NCBI GenBank assembly: GCA_965213925.1
Contig: OZ243927.1
Coordinates: 3,456,001-3,520,000, forward strand
DNA length: 64,000 nucleotides
Reading direction: 5' to 3'
From: Trueperaceae bacterium
GTDB taxonomy: Bacteria > Deinococcota > Deinococci > Deinococcales > Trueperaceae
Shown: in pieces, positions 29,710 through 39,889 of the stretch
How positions within the stretch are numbered: position 1 is the first letter of the stretch
Layout of the letters: each line of letters starts with the position of its first letter
Position numbers and translations under genes: made by a program
Notes under the pieces: model-generated
Told to the model about the DNA's origin: nothing
The model's input: only the letters and a program-made list of their open reading frames with translations
The model's database searches: none

Positions 29710-31401
29710 GGCTCTTACGAAAGTTGTGTGGTCAGGCAGCCAGCAGCACCTTTTGCCTGAGCAGGTCAAAGCTAGCGCGTCCATACATCTGCCGCTTGAG
29801 CAACTTGAGCTTAGTAATTTTACCCTCGGTCGGTCCATTGCTCCACGGCAGAGTTAATGCCACTTCGATAGCCGCCTTATCGTTGCTGAAACCTTTCGCC
29901 AAGCGAGCGAGTTCATCAACGCCGCTCGCTCTTTATGGTGTCGCTGAGCCAGCGTTGAAACGCCGCTATAGTTTCATGGGGTGCTCGTTCCTTGCACCTG
30001 AATAGCGCGACGAAGCGTTGCACCAGGTCGTAGCAACGCTCCGCTTCTTGCGCACCCTCGAAGAGCCGCTCGAGTCGTTTGAAATCGTGCTGAGTTAGCG
30101 CCCCTTTTGAGCTTGTAAATAAGCGCGTCGCCTCATACGCCGAATAACGCATGACCCTTTGTCTCTTGTCTGCCCTCGAAAAGTCAATGCCCGCTTCCAA
30201 CTCGGCAAAGTAGGCGTAGACGAGACCATAAGCACCGGTGAAGCCCCGCGCCGTGATCTCCCGGTAGAGCTGCATCTTGTTGCCGATGCCCGCATCCCAT
30301 CTTTGTTTGAGATAGGGTTCGTAGGGCGCTAAGATGCGATTTTTCTGTCTATCAGGATACGTACCCCGAGCAAACCAACGGCTCAGCGTGCTCCTGCCGA
30401 CACCGAGCTTGGCAGCAATCTTAGGAAGACTAAAGCCGTCCGCTTCTAAACGCTTGGCTTCTTCGAAGATGGCTCGGCGTTTGCGGCGCGTCTCGAGCTT
30501 CGCTTGCAGCGCCCTTTCGTAGCTGGTGCGGACGTGAATCTGCTGAGGCACATCGCCGCCAGATTCGTGTCCATCATCAGAAAGCTCAACCAGATACTTT
30601 TTATGGCGCTCGCACCAGCGTTTCAAGAGGTCGCTGAAGTTTTTGAGCAGATGCCAACGGTCGGCGACCTGAACCGCTTGGGGTGCGCCCTCGTCGCAAG
30701 CGGATTTGTATTCCTGAGAGCGATCGCGAGAGATGGTTTCGACGCTAGGATGCGCCTTTAGCCAGTCCACCAGGGTTGCTGAGCTTCTGTCGGGTAGAAC
30801 GTCGACCACTTCGCGTTTTTCCAGGTCAAGCAACAGGGTGCCGTAACTTTCCCGTTTCCGAATAGCAAAATCGTCCACACCCAGCACGCGCGGTGTTGCT
30901 CGTGTCACTAAGCTCTGGGTTCGGACAAGGTCGAGCGCGCTATCGTGGCTCACAGGCATCTCTAACTGTCCGAGCAGGTCTTCGCTCGCTTTAGCGCTTA
31001 GAGAGGTCGCCACACGACGTTGCGCGTCGCTCAAGCGTTTGCTTCTATGTGCGTAACGCGCCAGCCAGGGGTCGAAAGACTCTGCGAACGTTCTTCTCTC
31101 ACAGCAACGATTTAAGCAGTAGAACCGTTTGTCTTTGAGACGCAACTGAACTGTGTGATCAGCCAGGGGCAAATCAGCAGGATGGCGTTGGTAGTAACCA
31201 CTTACCTTGTTTGATAGCGCCTGGCAGAGCGGACAATTCGCCTCCGTTTTACGTGAGCCGTGAGCACCAAACCACCTTCGCGAACTTTGAACGCTTCGAT
31301 GACACACGCTGGAAACAGGATATCGAGCATCCTTCATGCTGTTCGCTAGCCCTTCAAGATGCAAGACCCAACCCAGTTCCCACAATTCTTTCGTAAGAGC
31401 C
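29710..31401 (-). mobile_element. ISL3-family insertion sequence with frameshifted transposase (29732-31330)
   Basis: IRs GGCTCTTACGAAAG at both ends; CP.C, LGVDDFA, ISRDRS..Y, QVADRWHL, WSNGPTEG..KLKLLKRQMYGRA; frameshifts near 31250 and 29925. Confidence 0.9.
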
Positions 31402-31460
31402 ATCAAGTGCCCAAATTAGATGGTATACGCAATAATGGAAAGGCTCGGGTGCGTAGCGTC

Positions 31461-31494
31461 CTTGTGCAACGAACGCGCGCGTTAAACGCAGAAG
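31461..31494. repeat. 34-bp lox-like site #7
   Basis: CTTGTGCAACGAA CGCGCGCG TTAAACGCAGAAG. Confidence 0.85.
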
Positions 31495-31562
31495 GGTGTG
31501 CGCTTGGCTGGAAAAGTATCCAGCCAAGCGCACACCCTCTTCAAACTTTTCGGTCTGCTAGC

Positions 31563-32312
31563 TTAGAGCTGACTCATCCCACCATCCGCCGCAATTTCGG
31601 TGCCGAGGATGAACGAGGCGTCGTCCGAGGCTAGAAAGGTGACGACCTTAGCGATCTCTTGGGACGTGCCAAAGCGCTTCATCGGAATCTGCTCTAAGAT
31701 GCCTGCCGCCATCCCTTGTATTTGCGCCTCATCCATACCCAGCTTGCCGTAGAAGGGCGTTTCCACAGGACCGGGGCTTACCGCGTTCACCCGGATGTTT
31801 CTAGACAGGAGTTCCGCCGACACGGTGCGGATGAGGCTGAGTAGCGCGGCCTTGCTCGCGGCGTAAACCGTGGTCATGGGCATCCCGATATGAGCGTTGA
31901 TCGAGGTGTTGAGCACGATGGACGCGCCATCGTTCATGTGGGGAAGCGCTTTCTGGATGGTGAAGTACGCGCCTTTGAAGTTGACGTCCATGATCCTATC
32001 GAAGTCCTCCTCCGTCATCTCGCTGAGCGGCTTGAGTACCGCTAACCCTGCGTTGACAAAGAGGATATCGACCTTTCCGAAGGCTTCTCGGGTCTGTTCG
32101 AAGAGACGGTCTAAATCGCTGAGCTTAGTAACATCCGCTCTTACTGCTATGGCGTCGCCACCTATCTCGTGCGCCGCCTTCTCTAGTGCTCCTTCGTCCC
32201 GCCCCGAGATGACAACCTTCGTACCTAGGCGTACAAGTTCAGCCGCCGTCGCTCGCCCGATGCCGCTATTACCGCCCGTGATGACAGCGACTTTGTCGGT
32301 TAAGTCAGGCAT
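31563..32312 (-). CDS. SDR oxidoreductase
   Basis: TGGNSGIG, YAASK. Confidence 0.92.
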   Translation of the reverse strand: MPDLTDKVAVITGGNSGIGRATAAELVRLGTKVVISGRDEGALEKAAHEIGGDAIAVRADVTKLSDLDRLFEQTREAFGKVDILFVNAGLAVLKPLSEMTEEDFDRIMDVNFKGAYFTIQKALPHMNDGASIVLNTSINAHIGMPMTTVYAASKAALLSLIRTVSAELLSRNIRVNAVSPGPVETPFYGKLGMDEAQIQGMAAGILEQIPMKRFGTSQEIAKVVTFLASDDASFILGTEIAADGGMSQL

Positions 32313-33250
32313 CACTCGCCTCCTAGGAACTCGAGCAATCGCTCTGTGAATACCTCAGGTACTTCTTCAGGCACCCAGTGCCCCGAGCCTTCAATCATAC
32401 CACCTTGTACGTTCTCGGCATAGGCTTTTACCTGTTGAGGGACGAAGCCACCCAAGCTACCCTCAGCTCCCAGGGCGAGTACTAGCATAGTCAGCGGGGT
32501 CTGCGCATAAACCTCGTTCTGCGCTACGTCCTCTGGGAAGGCACGGAAGTAGTCGAAGCTCGCTTTTAGCTTGCCAGGCTGCGCGTAGGTGCGGGCGTAT
32601 TCGGCAAAGTCGGCGTCGGTAAAGCCCTCTTGATTGACCGTTAAGGCGCGAACGAATTGCTCCAGGAAGTATTGCTCTTGCCCGGCAATGATTGTTTCGG
32701 GCATCTCAGGGAAGCTGAAGAATCCGAAGTTCCACGCGCCAAAGCCCGTCTCGGTGATGGCAGGAAAGGTGTAAATGCTGGCGTCGGGAATAGGCGCTTC
32801 GACCAGCGCAAGGCGGCGCACCTCTTCCGGATAAGCGGCGGCGTAGGCGTAGGCAACCATCAGCCCGATATCATGCCCTACCAAGTTGATTTCACCGTCG
32901 CCGTACCCAAGGTCTTGAACCAGAGCGCGGATGCGTTCGGCGGTCGTCGCTTTGTCGAAGCCGCCCTCTGGTACCTCCGAGTCTCCGAGTCCTGGCAAGT
33001 CAGGGGCAATGACGGTGTAACGCTCGGCTAAGGCGGGCATCACCTTGCGCCACATATACCAGGTCGAGCCCCAGCCGTGTAGTAAGACTAAAGGTTCTCC
33101 TTCACCGCCGATGACATAGTGGAGTTCGCCCGCGTCCAGCTCAGCAACCTCACTGCTGAAGCCTTCCGGTAGGAGTGAAGGGTCGGGCTGAGCGAACGCG
33201 GTCGCCGCGAGAAGCACTAGCAGTAGAAAAGAACACCTGATGACTTTCAT
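32312..33250 (-). CDS. Secreted alpha/beta hydrolase (epoxide hydrolase-like)
   Basis: Signal peptide, HGWG, GHDIG, GHWVPEE; GGAGG RBS. Confidence 0.85.
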   Translation of the reverse strand: MKVIRCSFLLLVLLAATAFAQPDPSLLPEGFSSEVAELDAGELHYVIGGEGEPLVLLHGWGSTWYMWRKVMPALAERYTVIAPDLPGLGDSEVPEGGFDKATTAERIRALVQDLGYGDGEINLVGHDIGLMVAYAYAAAYPEEVRRLALVEAPIPDASIYTFPAITETGFGAWNFGFFSFPEMPETIIAGQEQYFLEQFVRALTVNQEGFTDADFAEYARTYAQPGKLKASFDYFRAFPEDVAQNEVYAQTPLTMLVLALGAEGSLGGFVPQQVKAYAENVQGGMIEGSGHWVPEEVPEVFTERLLEFLGGE

Positions 33251-33375
33251 GGTAAACCTCCTTGAGCTTGAGTCTCGAGTCTTTCTCGAAACCTGTTTCA
33301 AGGCTCGCCTATCTGGATTAGTCCGTGTGTACAGACCTGTACACGCCCTCTCGGTGAACTGTGACACCATGAGTC

Positions 33376-34131
33376 ATGTCTAAAGAACCTAATCATGTCA
33401 AAGCACGAACGTCTTCTCCCGCCTTGCGGGGTGGGGTATGGGTCGCACCTGACAGCGGAGCGCTTAGCGATGACCCTACGCTCGATCTGGACTTCTTCGA
33501 TGGACGTTATCTCACCCGAGCCTTCGACCGGGGCGACTTCGTGTTCCGGGCTGGCGACTCGGCAGACGGCTTTTACATGGCGCTGGCAGGGCGCATCAAG
33601 CTCGTCTTGCCTGACCCTGTACGAGGGGAGCGCGTCGTTGCCGTGTGCGGCGAGGGCGACCTGTTCGGCGCGGCGGCTTGTGGGGGTGCGCCGGTGCACC
33701 GCGCGGAAGCGGTGAGTTTGCAGGAGGGAACCCTCGTTGTGAGCCTCTCCTGCGCCGAGCTGCAGGAGGCGACCAAGGGTACGCCTGCCGTGGCGCTCTT
33801 GCTCACCCGAGCCTTAGCCGCGAGGGTGCAGACCCTCGAAGAGGAGGCGGAGTTCGCCAGTTTGCCAGTGCAGGCGCGACTCGCCCGAACGTTGCTTGAC
33901 CTCGCTAAGCGCTTAGGTCAAGAAGTCGAGCCTGGGGTGTATGACCTCGAGCTTGCCCTGAGGCAAAACGAGATCGCCTCGCTCGCAGGGGCGACCAGGG
34001 TCAGCGCGACGCAGGCGCTTTCTGCCTGGCGAGATATCGGTGTCGTGACGGGTACACGCGGCTCCTACCGAGTGGACGTAGCGCGACTGGAGTCACTTCT
34101 GGACTTGCTCGAGGATGCGGCGGTGCGCTGA
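33376..34131 (+). CDS. Crp/Fnr-family regulator (start may be about 33431)
   Basis: cNMP-like domain, QNEIASLAGATRVS HTH. Confidence 0.88.
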   Translation: MSKEPNHVKARTSSPALRGGVWVAPDSGALSDDPTLDLDFFDGRYLTRAFDRGDFVFRAGDSADGFYMALAGRIKLVLPDPVRGERVVAVCGEGDLFGAAACGGAPVHRAEAVSLQEGTLVVSLSCAELQEATKGTPAVALLLTRALAARVQTLEEEAEFASLPVQARLARTLLDLAKRLGQEVEPGVYDLELALRQNEIASLAGATRVSATQALSAWRDIGVVTGTRGSYRVDVARLESLLDLLEDAAVR

Positions 34132-34186
34132 AAACGTCTTAATTTACATGGGTAACGTGATCTCACAACTTCTTTATGCTGTGGGC

Positions 34187-34220
34187 GCTGTGCGTGAGTA
34201 GCGCGCGTTCGCCGCACAAT
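34187..34220. repeat. 34-bp lox-like site #8 (last copy seen)
   Basis: GCTGTGCGTGAGT AGCGCGCG TTCGCCGCACAAT. Confidence 0.75.
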
Positions 34221-34249
34221 GGCTCATCCAGTTAATTCGACTCAGGACT

Positions 34250-34712
34250 AAGCTGAGGACCTCACTTTAAGGAGGTCGGTGATGCGTCCTTGCGCCCGTG
34301 TTCGTCAGCTAACCGAGGAAGAGTATAGGAACTCAAGCGTTGGGAACGCTCACGGACGATGGGGCTAGTTCACGGCGGGCACGCACCGTGCTGCAGTCGA
34401 ACCTAGGGTTGTCGGTACATGAGGTGGGCGAGAAGCTCGAGCTACACCACCAGACGGTGCGCAAGTGGGTGAACCGCTTCACGAAGCTGGGTATTCCTGG
34501 TTTAGAAGAAAGCCCGCGTCACGGGCGACCTCACATCTACAAAAGCGAGCATGTCGGCACTGTTATTCAAACGGCTTTAACGAAACCTGATGAGCTAGGT
34601 TTACCTTTTGGCGCTTGGACCCTCGACAGGCTGGTCGTCTACCTCAGTGAAGAGAAGGGCATCATGATGGGGCGCAGTCGCATGAGCGAAATCTTCAGGA
34701 ACGAGGGGCTCA
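34250..34712 (+). mobile_element. Truncated IS630-family transposase (N-terminal HTH part)
   Basis: TVRKWVNRF...GL...PRHGRP, P..LG.PF..WTL.RL; frameshifted, no DDE domain. Confidence 0.75.
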
Positions 34713-34826
34713 GGACAGGTGATCGCGTAAAGCGAAGTCGCGTGGTCCCGCTCCCGCTAGCCCCAACGGGCCGCTAGCGGGAACGCGCCACGCGTGACGC
34801 TTTGCCCGTTCTAGAGAGGATTTCGG

Positions 34827-35739
34827 CTAGGTTGAGATGCGGTGAATAGGTGGGTAGAAGAGGGTGAGCCCACGCCGCTCCCAGCTAGGGCGACGTTCCT
34901 GTATAGCTTTAGCGGTATGTATCTTGGCGTTATCCAGGACGATCACAGTTCCTCTGCTGAGCTTCAGAGAAAGACGTTCAAGCCGCTCGGCTAGAAATTC
35001 GACCGTGTAGGGACGCTGACCTCGAAAAGCGAGGCGCTGTTCCGGCGAATCAGTCCGAGACAGTTGAGTCCCGGACCTCGACTTGTAGGCGTCCACACGT
35101 CCTCACCCTTGAACTGCCGAGCATAGGGGACGACGGGGTCGAGCGAGACGCGGCACTCGTCAGCGTAGTAGAGGTCGAGCAGGTTAGACGCACTCATCTG
35201 TTCGAGTAGCGCTAATCCTTCGACTTCGAGGCTGCAGAACTCCGGGCACGGCTCTTCGAGGGGACGCTCTCGGATTCGTTTACCTGTGCCCCGAACAGGG
35301 TATATCGGCGGTTTTTTGACAAAGCGTTTCAAGGTCTCCTCGCTAAAGGACTTGCCTAGCATCTGCTCGGGCTCTTCTCTAGCAACCGAGAGTTCCTGAC
35401 GGTGTTCAGCTACAACCTCTCTTACCTTAGCCAAGTCAGCCTCTTCGAGGATCGGCTCGCGCCCCCTACCCCAGAGGGTTCTTGGTCCCTCAATACCTCC
35501 TTGTCTAGAGCGCTCTAGCTAGATGTCGACTGTGACCTGGTCGCAACCCACCTGCTTCGCTACCTCTGCCGAGGTGCGCCGCTCGCGCTTGAGTAACACC
35601 CCTTTACACCGCTGACGATAACTGTGAGTTTTGCCTGTTCGGTACTCGCGCTCGAGTGCTCGGCGTTCGTCTTCACCTAACTCGACATATCTGATCTGCC
35701 CCATACCGACATTTTAGCTTATCTCTGTGTGGGTACTAA
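34827..35739 (-). mobile_element. Decayed IS630-family element
   Basis: HTH fragments, YYADECR, VIVLDNAKIH, LFYPP; several stops and frameshifts. Confidence 0.8.
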
Positions 35740-35987
35740 GTTTAGTAACGCCACATCTCAATTTAGCACGCCTTTGTCAAACATCCTGCCTCATCCAAAG
35801 AGATTTCCTTAAACTTCTGTGCCTGCTCCTCCGATGCCTTCTCAACCGGCAACCGCTCCATGCCACTCGTCCCACAAAAGCCGTTCACATGTTTGCATGT
35901 CTCGAGGATGTATTCAGCGTCGTCAGACATCACAACCGGCCCGCCGTGGCAGAGGACGATCAGGTTGTTGCGCCGCGCGGCGCAGCC

Positions 35988-36926
35988 TTACGAAACGTTT
36001 TTCAACCTCGGGTCGAGCACGTCGCGAATGGCGTCGCCCAAGAGGTTAAAGCCGACGACCGAAAAGAAGATAGCGACGCCTGGAAAGATCGACATCCAGG
36101 GCGCACGCAAAAACTGCGAGAAGCCGTCGCGGATCATGAGTCCCCACTCCGGGTCGGGCGGCTGCGCGCCGAGCCCTAAAAAGCCGAGCGCGGCAACGTC
36201 CAGAATCGCCACGCCGATCGAGAGCGTGATCTGTACAATCAGGGGCGAGAGGCTGTTCGGCAAGATGTGACCGAACACGATGCGGAAAGGGTTCGAGCCT
36301 ATCGCCCGCGCCGCCTGCACGTACTCGGACTCGCGCACGCTCAAGACGACCGAGCGCGTGATGCGCGTGTAGATAGGCACTTGCGTAATGCTGATCGCGA
36401 TGAGCGCGTTTGTCAAACTAGGACCGAGCGTCGCGACAATCGCAATAGCCAGGAGGATACCCGGAAACGCCAACAGGATATCGACAAGCCACACCACCCC
36501 CGTATCCGTCCAGCCGCCGACGTAACCTGCCAAAAGCCCCAACAGAATACCGATTGTCGCCGCAATCGCCACTGCCCGTAAGCCGACGCTCAGCGAGATG
36601 CGCCCGCCGTGCCAGACACGCACAGCCAGGTTGCGCCCTAGCTCGTCCGCACCAAAAGGCAGTGACCAGGCGTTGAGGTCGCGGCGCTCTAGCTCTTGGG
36701 CGCTCATTGTCCAACTTGGCGGCGCGAGGCGCAGACGTAAGTTACGGTCCGTCGCCGAATTGTAAGGTCGCAAAATGGGTGCGGAGAGCGACAAGAGGAT
36801 AAAGAAGCCCATAATGGCTAAGCCGACGATGCCCGTGGGGTTACGAAGAAAGCGCCGCAGGTTATCGCGCCACTGGGCTTCACTCTTGTCGCGCTTCGCG
36901 GAGGTAGATGCAGTGCTTACAGCCAT
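35988..36926 (-). CDS. dppC: Peptide ABC transporter permease
   Basis: FGADELGR, EYVQAARAIG, HILPN, LGLGAQPP.PEWG. Confidence 0.9.
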   Translation of the reverse strand: MAVSTASTSAKRDKSEAQWRDNLRRFLRNPTGIVGLAIMGFFILLSLSAPILRPYNSATDRNLRLRLAPPSWTMSAQELERRDLNAWSLPFGADELGRNLAVRVWHGGRISLSVGLRAVAIAATIGILLGLLAGYVGGWTDTGVVWLVDILLAFPGILLAIAIVATLGPSLTNALIAISITQVPIYTRITRSVVLSVRESEYVQAARAIGSNPFRIVFGHILPNSLSPLIVQITLSIGVAILDVAALGFLGLGAQPPDPEWGLMIRDGFSQFLRAPWMSIFPGVAIFFSVVGFNLLGDAIRDVLDPRLKNVS

Positions 36927-37110
36927 AAGGTCCTCGGAGTAACGAGCGATGAGCAAAAAGCAGCAATCCCCTTTCGGGGTGTACGCAAGTTCTTGCCCCC
37001 TTTCGGGGATGAACGACGGAGCAAACGAACGGTGAGTTCCGAGCAATGAGCAACGAGTGAAAAGCCTTTGCCTTTTACTTTCAACTCATTGCTCATTGCT
37101 TTCAACTGCT

Positions 37111-38166
37111 TCATGAGTACTGAATCCGCGGATCGATAAGCGCGTAGGAGAGGTCGACGAGCAGGTTTACGATCACGAACACAAACGCCACAAAGAGCAC
37201 GCCGCCCTGAATGATGGGATAGTCACGGGAGCTGATCGCGTCGTAGACCCAGCGCCCGATGCCCGGCCACGAAAAGACCGTCTCGGTCAAAATCGCCCCT
37301 GAGAGGAGCGTGCCGAAGGAAAGCCCGACCACAGTGACGACGGGCAAGAGTGCGTTGCGCAAGGCATGTTTATTGACCACGACGCGCTCGACGAGCCCCT
37401 TCGAGCGAGCGGTGCGCACGTAGTCTTGGCTCAAGACCTCCAGCATCGAACTCCGCGTCATCCGCACAACAATCGCCAAGGGAATCGTGCCGAGCGCGAC
37501 GCCAGGTAAGATAAGGTGCTTAAACGCATTCCAACTCGCCGCTAAGTTGCCGCGCAGCAACCCGTCTATGACGTAGAGCCCGGTGATAGGCTGCAGATCG
37601 ATCCCGGTGCTGAGCCTGAACGACGAGGGCAGCCAGCCGAGCGTGATGGCGAAGATGTAAATCAGGATAATCGCGAGCCAAAAGACCGGGAAGGAAATCC
37701 CTGAAAGGGCGAACATCATGACCAGTGTGTCGGCGAGCTTGCCCCTATTCAAAGCCGCCCATACGCCCGCCGGGATGCCTATAACTAACGCGAAAATCAT
37801 CGCCACTAACGTCAACTCAAAGGTGGCAGGAAAGCGCGAAATCAAACTGTCCCGCACCGGAATGCGCGAGAAGATCGAGCGCCCCAAGTCGCCACGCACG
37901 AGGTCGCCCATGTAGTCGAAATACTGAGAGTCGAAAAGCGCGCCCACGCGCCCCGTCTCTGCTAAAGCTGCCGTATTGAGAAAGAGCGGCTCGTTAAGCC
38001 CCATGTCATTGCGCAGCCGCTCGCGCTGCTCCGGCGTGCTGCGGTTGCCGAGCATCGCGACAGCGGGGTCGCCGGGGATAATGCGCGTCAGCGTGAAAAT
38101 AAGGAGCGTGACCCCGATAAGAACCGGGATAAGCCCGAGGATGCGGCGGATAGCGTAGGCGGTCAA
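37111..38166 (-). CDS. dppB: Peptide ABC transporter permease
   Basis: IPGDPA, DYVRTARSKGL, HALRNA, ETVFSWPGIG. Confidence 0.9.
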   Translation of the reverse strand: MTAYAIRRILGLIPVLIGVTLLIFTLTRIIPGDPAVAMLGNRSTPEQRERLRNDMGLNEPLFLNTAALAETGRVGALFDSQYFDYMGDLVRGDLGRSIFSRIPVRDSLISRFPATFELTLVAMIFALVIGIPAGVWAALNRGKLADTLVMMFALSGISFPVFWLAIILIYIFAITLGWLPSSFRLSTGIDLQPITGLYVIDGLLRGNLAASWNAFKHLILPGVALGTIPLAIVVRMTRSSMLEVLSQDYVRTARSKGLVERVVVNKHALRNALLPVVTVVGLSFGTLLSGAILTETVFSWPGIGRWVYDAISSRDYPIIQGGVLFVAFVFVIVNLLVDLSYALIDPRIQYS

Positions 38167-38286
38167 GGGATGAACCTGCGCGAGCATCCACAAACGTTGC
38201 ACGAACCAAGCTTAAATAAAATATTACTAAATAACGGCTTCGCGCCTCTGTCTTTCAAGCTATCCTCCTCTTGAAATAAAAAGAGA

Positions 38287-38306
38287 GGGACACCTCAAGG
38301 TGTCCC
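38287..38306 (-). terminator. Hairpin after the binding-protein gene
   Basis: GGGACACC-TCAA-GGTGTCCC followed on the minus strand by TCTCTTTTT. Confidence 0.6.
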
Positions 38307-38323
38307 AAGTCAATGCTAGCGTT

Positions 38324-39889
38324 TTACTCTACGGTCACGTCTTTCAAGCTGACCGAGCTGTACCCTAAGGGGCTCGCGTTCCAGCCACTGACGTTTGAGC
38401 GAACCGCGTTCAGCGTCACGTTATGCGCCACCGGAATCGCCGGGATTTGCTCGTGCACGCGGGTCAAAATTTCCGCGTACAGGTCGGCGCGTTCGGGCTG
38501 CTCGGAGGCTTCGCGGGCTTGCTCCAAGAGGTTGACCGTCTCCTCGTCGTCCCAACCGAACGCATTCGTGGCGGAGGGTCCGAAGAAGGTGTATAAGAAG
38601 TTGTCGGGGTCGGCGTAGTCACCGTTCCAACCGAGCATGTACATGGGGTACTTGCCCGTATCGTAGTTGTCCAAGTAGGTCGTCCAGTCTTCGGTTTGCA
38701 GCTCAGCGTTGATGCCCACGTCCGCGAGGTAGCTCGCGATCGTTTCGGCGATGGGCTGCGGCGCAGGGTAGTAAGGACGAGAGACCGGCATGTACCAGAA
38801 CTCGGTGTCGAAACCGTCAGGGTAGCCCGCTTCGGCTAAGAGCTGACGGGAGCGCTCGGGGTCGTACTCGTACTGCGAGAAGTCGGCGTGACCGAAGAGC
38901 GTCGGCGGGATGAAGTCTACGGCGGGCGTGCCGAGACCTTCGTAGAACGCAGCAACAATAGCCTCGTAGTCGATCGCGTGGGCAACCGCTTCGCGCACCT
39001 GCGGGTTGCCGAAGGGCTCGTTCGCCTGGTGCAGCCCGATGTAGCCGACGTTGAGTTCGCTCTCGGGCACCGCGACCTCTAAGTTGGGGTCGTTCTCAAC
39101 TGTGGTGAGGTCGTCCGAGGAGAGCAAGGCGGCGACGTCCAACTCGCCCGCTTGTAGCGCGGCGAGACGTGCGGTCGGCTCTTCGATACCGCGAATGACG
39201 ACCTCTTCGACGTTGGCTGCGCCGTCCCAGTAGTCATCAAAGCGGGTCAGGCGGACCTGCTCGCCTTCGCGCCACTCGGCGAATTCGAAGGGACCCGTGC
39301 CGACCGAGCCGACGCCCGGCGTGCCGTAGTCCGCGCCCGCCTCTTGCACGGCGGTCGGGCTGTCGATTTGGAAGTAAATTGCGGCGATCATGTTCGGGAA
39401 CAAGCCGAGCGGCTTCGTAAGAACGAACTCGGCGGTGTACTCGTCCACGACATTGACCGCCTCGAGCACGCTGCCGTCACCCAACGGACCGCCCCAGACC
39501 CAGCCCCAGGGCACGTAGTTCTTGCCCTCGTCGCGGTAGCTGTGGGGGTGCTCGGGGTCGTTCCAGCGGTCGAAGTTGAACTTGACCGCTTCGGCGTTGA
39601 AGGGCGTGCCGTCTTGGAAGGTGACGCCTTCGCGGAGCGTGACCGTCCACACGGAGCCGTCCTCGTTGGGTGTCCACTCGGTCGCCAAGCGCGGCACGAG
39701 GTTTGTCGTTCCCGGCTCGAAGAAGACGAGCGTTTCGGTAATCTGGTTCGACACGGCGAGCGAGTTGCCGTCTTGCGAATCGACGGAGTCTAAGCTCGAG
39801 GGAAAGCCCGAGAGCCCGTAGACGAGCGTCTGCGCATTCGCTAAACCGAACGCCAGCAGGAGACTTAGTAGGATGACGAGTCTTTTCAT
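38324..39889 (-). CDS. dppA: Peptide ABC transporter substrate-binding protein
   Basis: Signal peptide, LREGVTFQDGTPFNAEAVKF, GTGPF, MPVSRPY. Confidence 0.9.
   Translation of the reverse strand: MKRLVILLSLLLAFGLANAQTLVYGLSGFPSSLDSVDSQDGNSLAVSNQITETLVFFEPGTTNLVPRLATEWTPNEDGSVWTVTLREGVTFQDGTPFNAEAVKFNFDRWNDPEHPHSYRDEGKNYVPWGWVWGGPLGDGSVLEAVNVVDEYTAEFVLTKPLGLFPNMIAAIYFQIDSPTAVQEAGADYGTPGVGSVGTGPFEFAEWREGEQVRLTRFDDYWDGAANVEEVVIRGIEEPTARLAALQAGELDVAALLSSDDLTTVENDPNLEVAVPESELNVGYIGLHQANEPFGNPQVREAVAHAIDYEAIVAAFYEGLGTPAVDFIPPTLFGHADFSQYEYDPERSRQLLAEAGYPDGFDTEFWYMPVSRPYYPAPQPIAETIASYLADVGINAELQTEDWTTYLDNYDTGKYPMYMLGWNGDYADPDNFLYTFFGPSATNAFGWDDEETVNLLEQAREASEQPERADLYAEILTRVHEQIPAIPVAHNVTLNAVRSNVSGWNASPLGYSSVSLKDVTVE

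Noticed and set aside
1..34220. 34-bp repeats as CRISPR repeats or classical attC sites
   Set aside because: Spacing is kilobases and irregular, no cas or intI gene is present, and there are no attC end motifs.
1178..35521. Stop-codon recoding (several in-frame TAG at expected Trp/Gln positions)
   Set aside because: The same region has in-frame TGA/TAA and frameshifts, and core genes end normally with TAG. Simple point mutation explains it.
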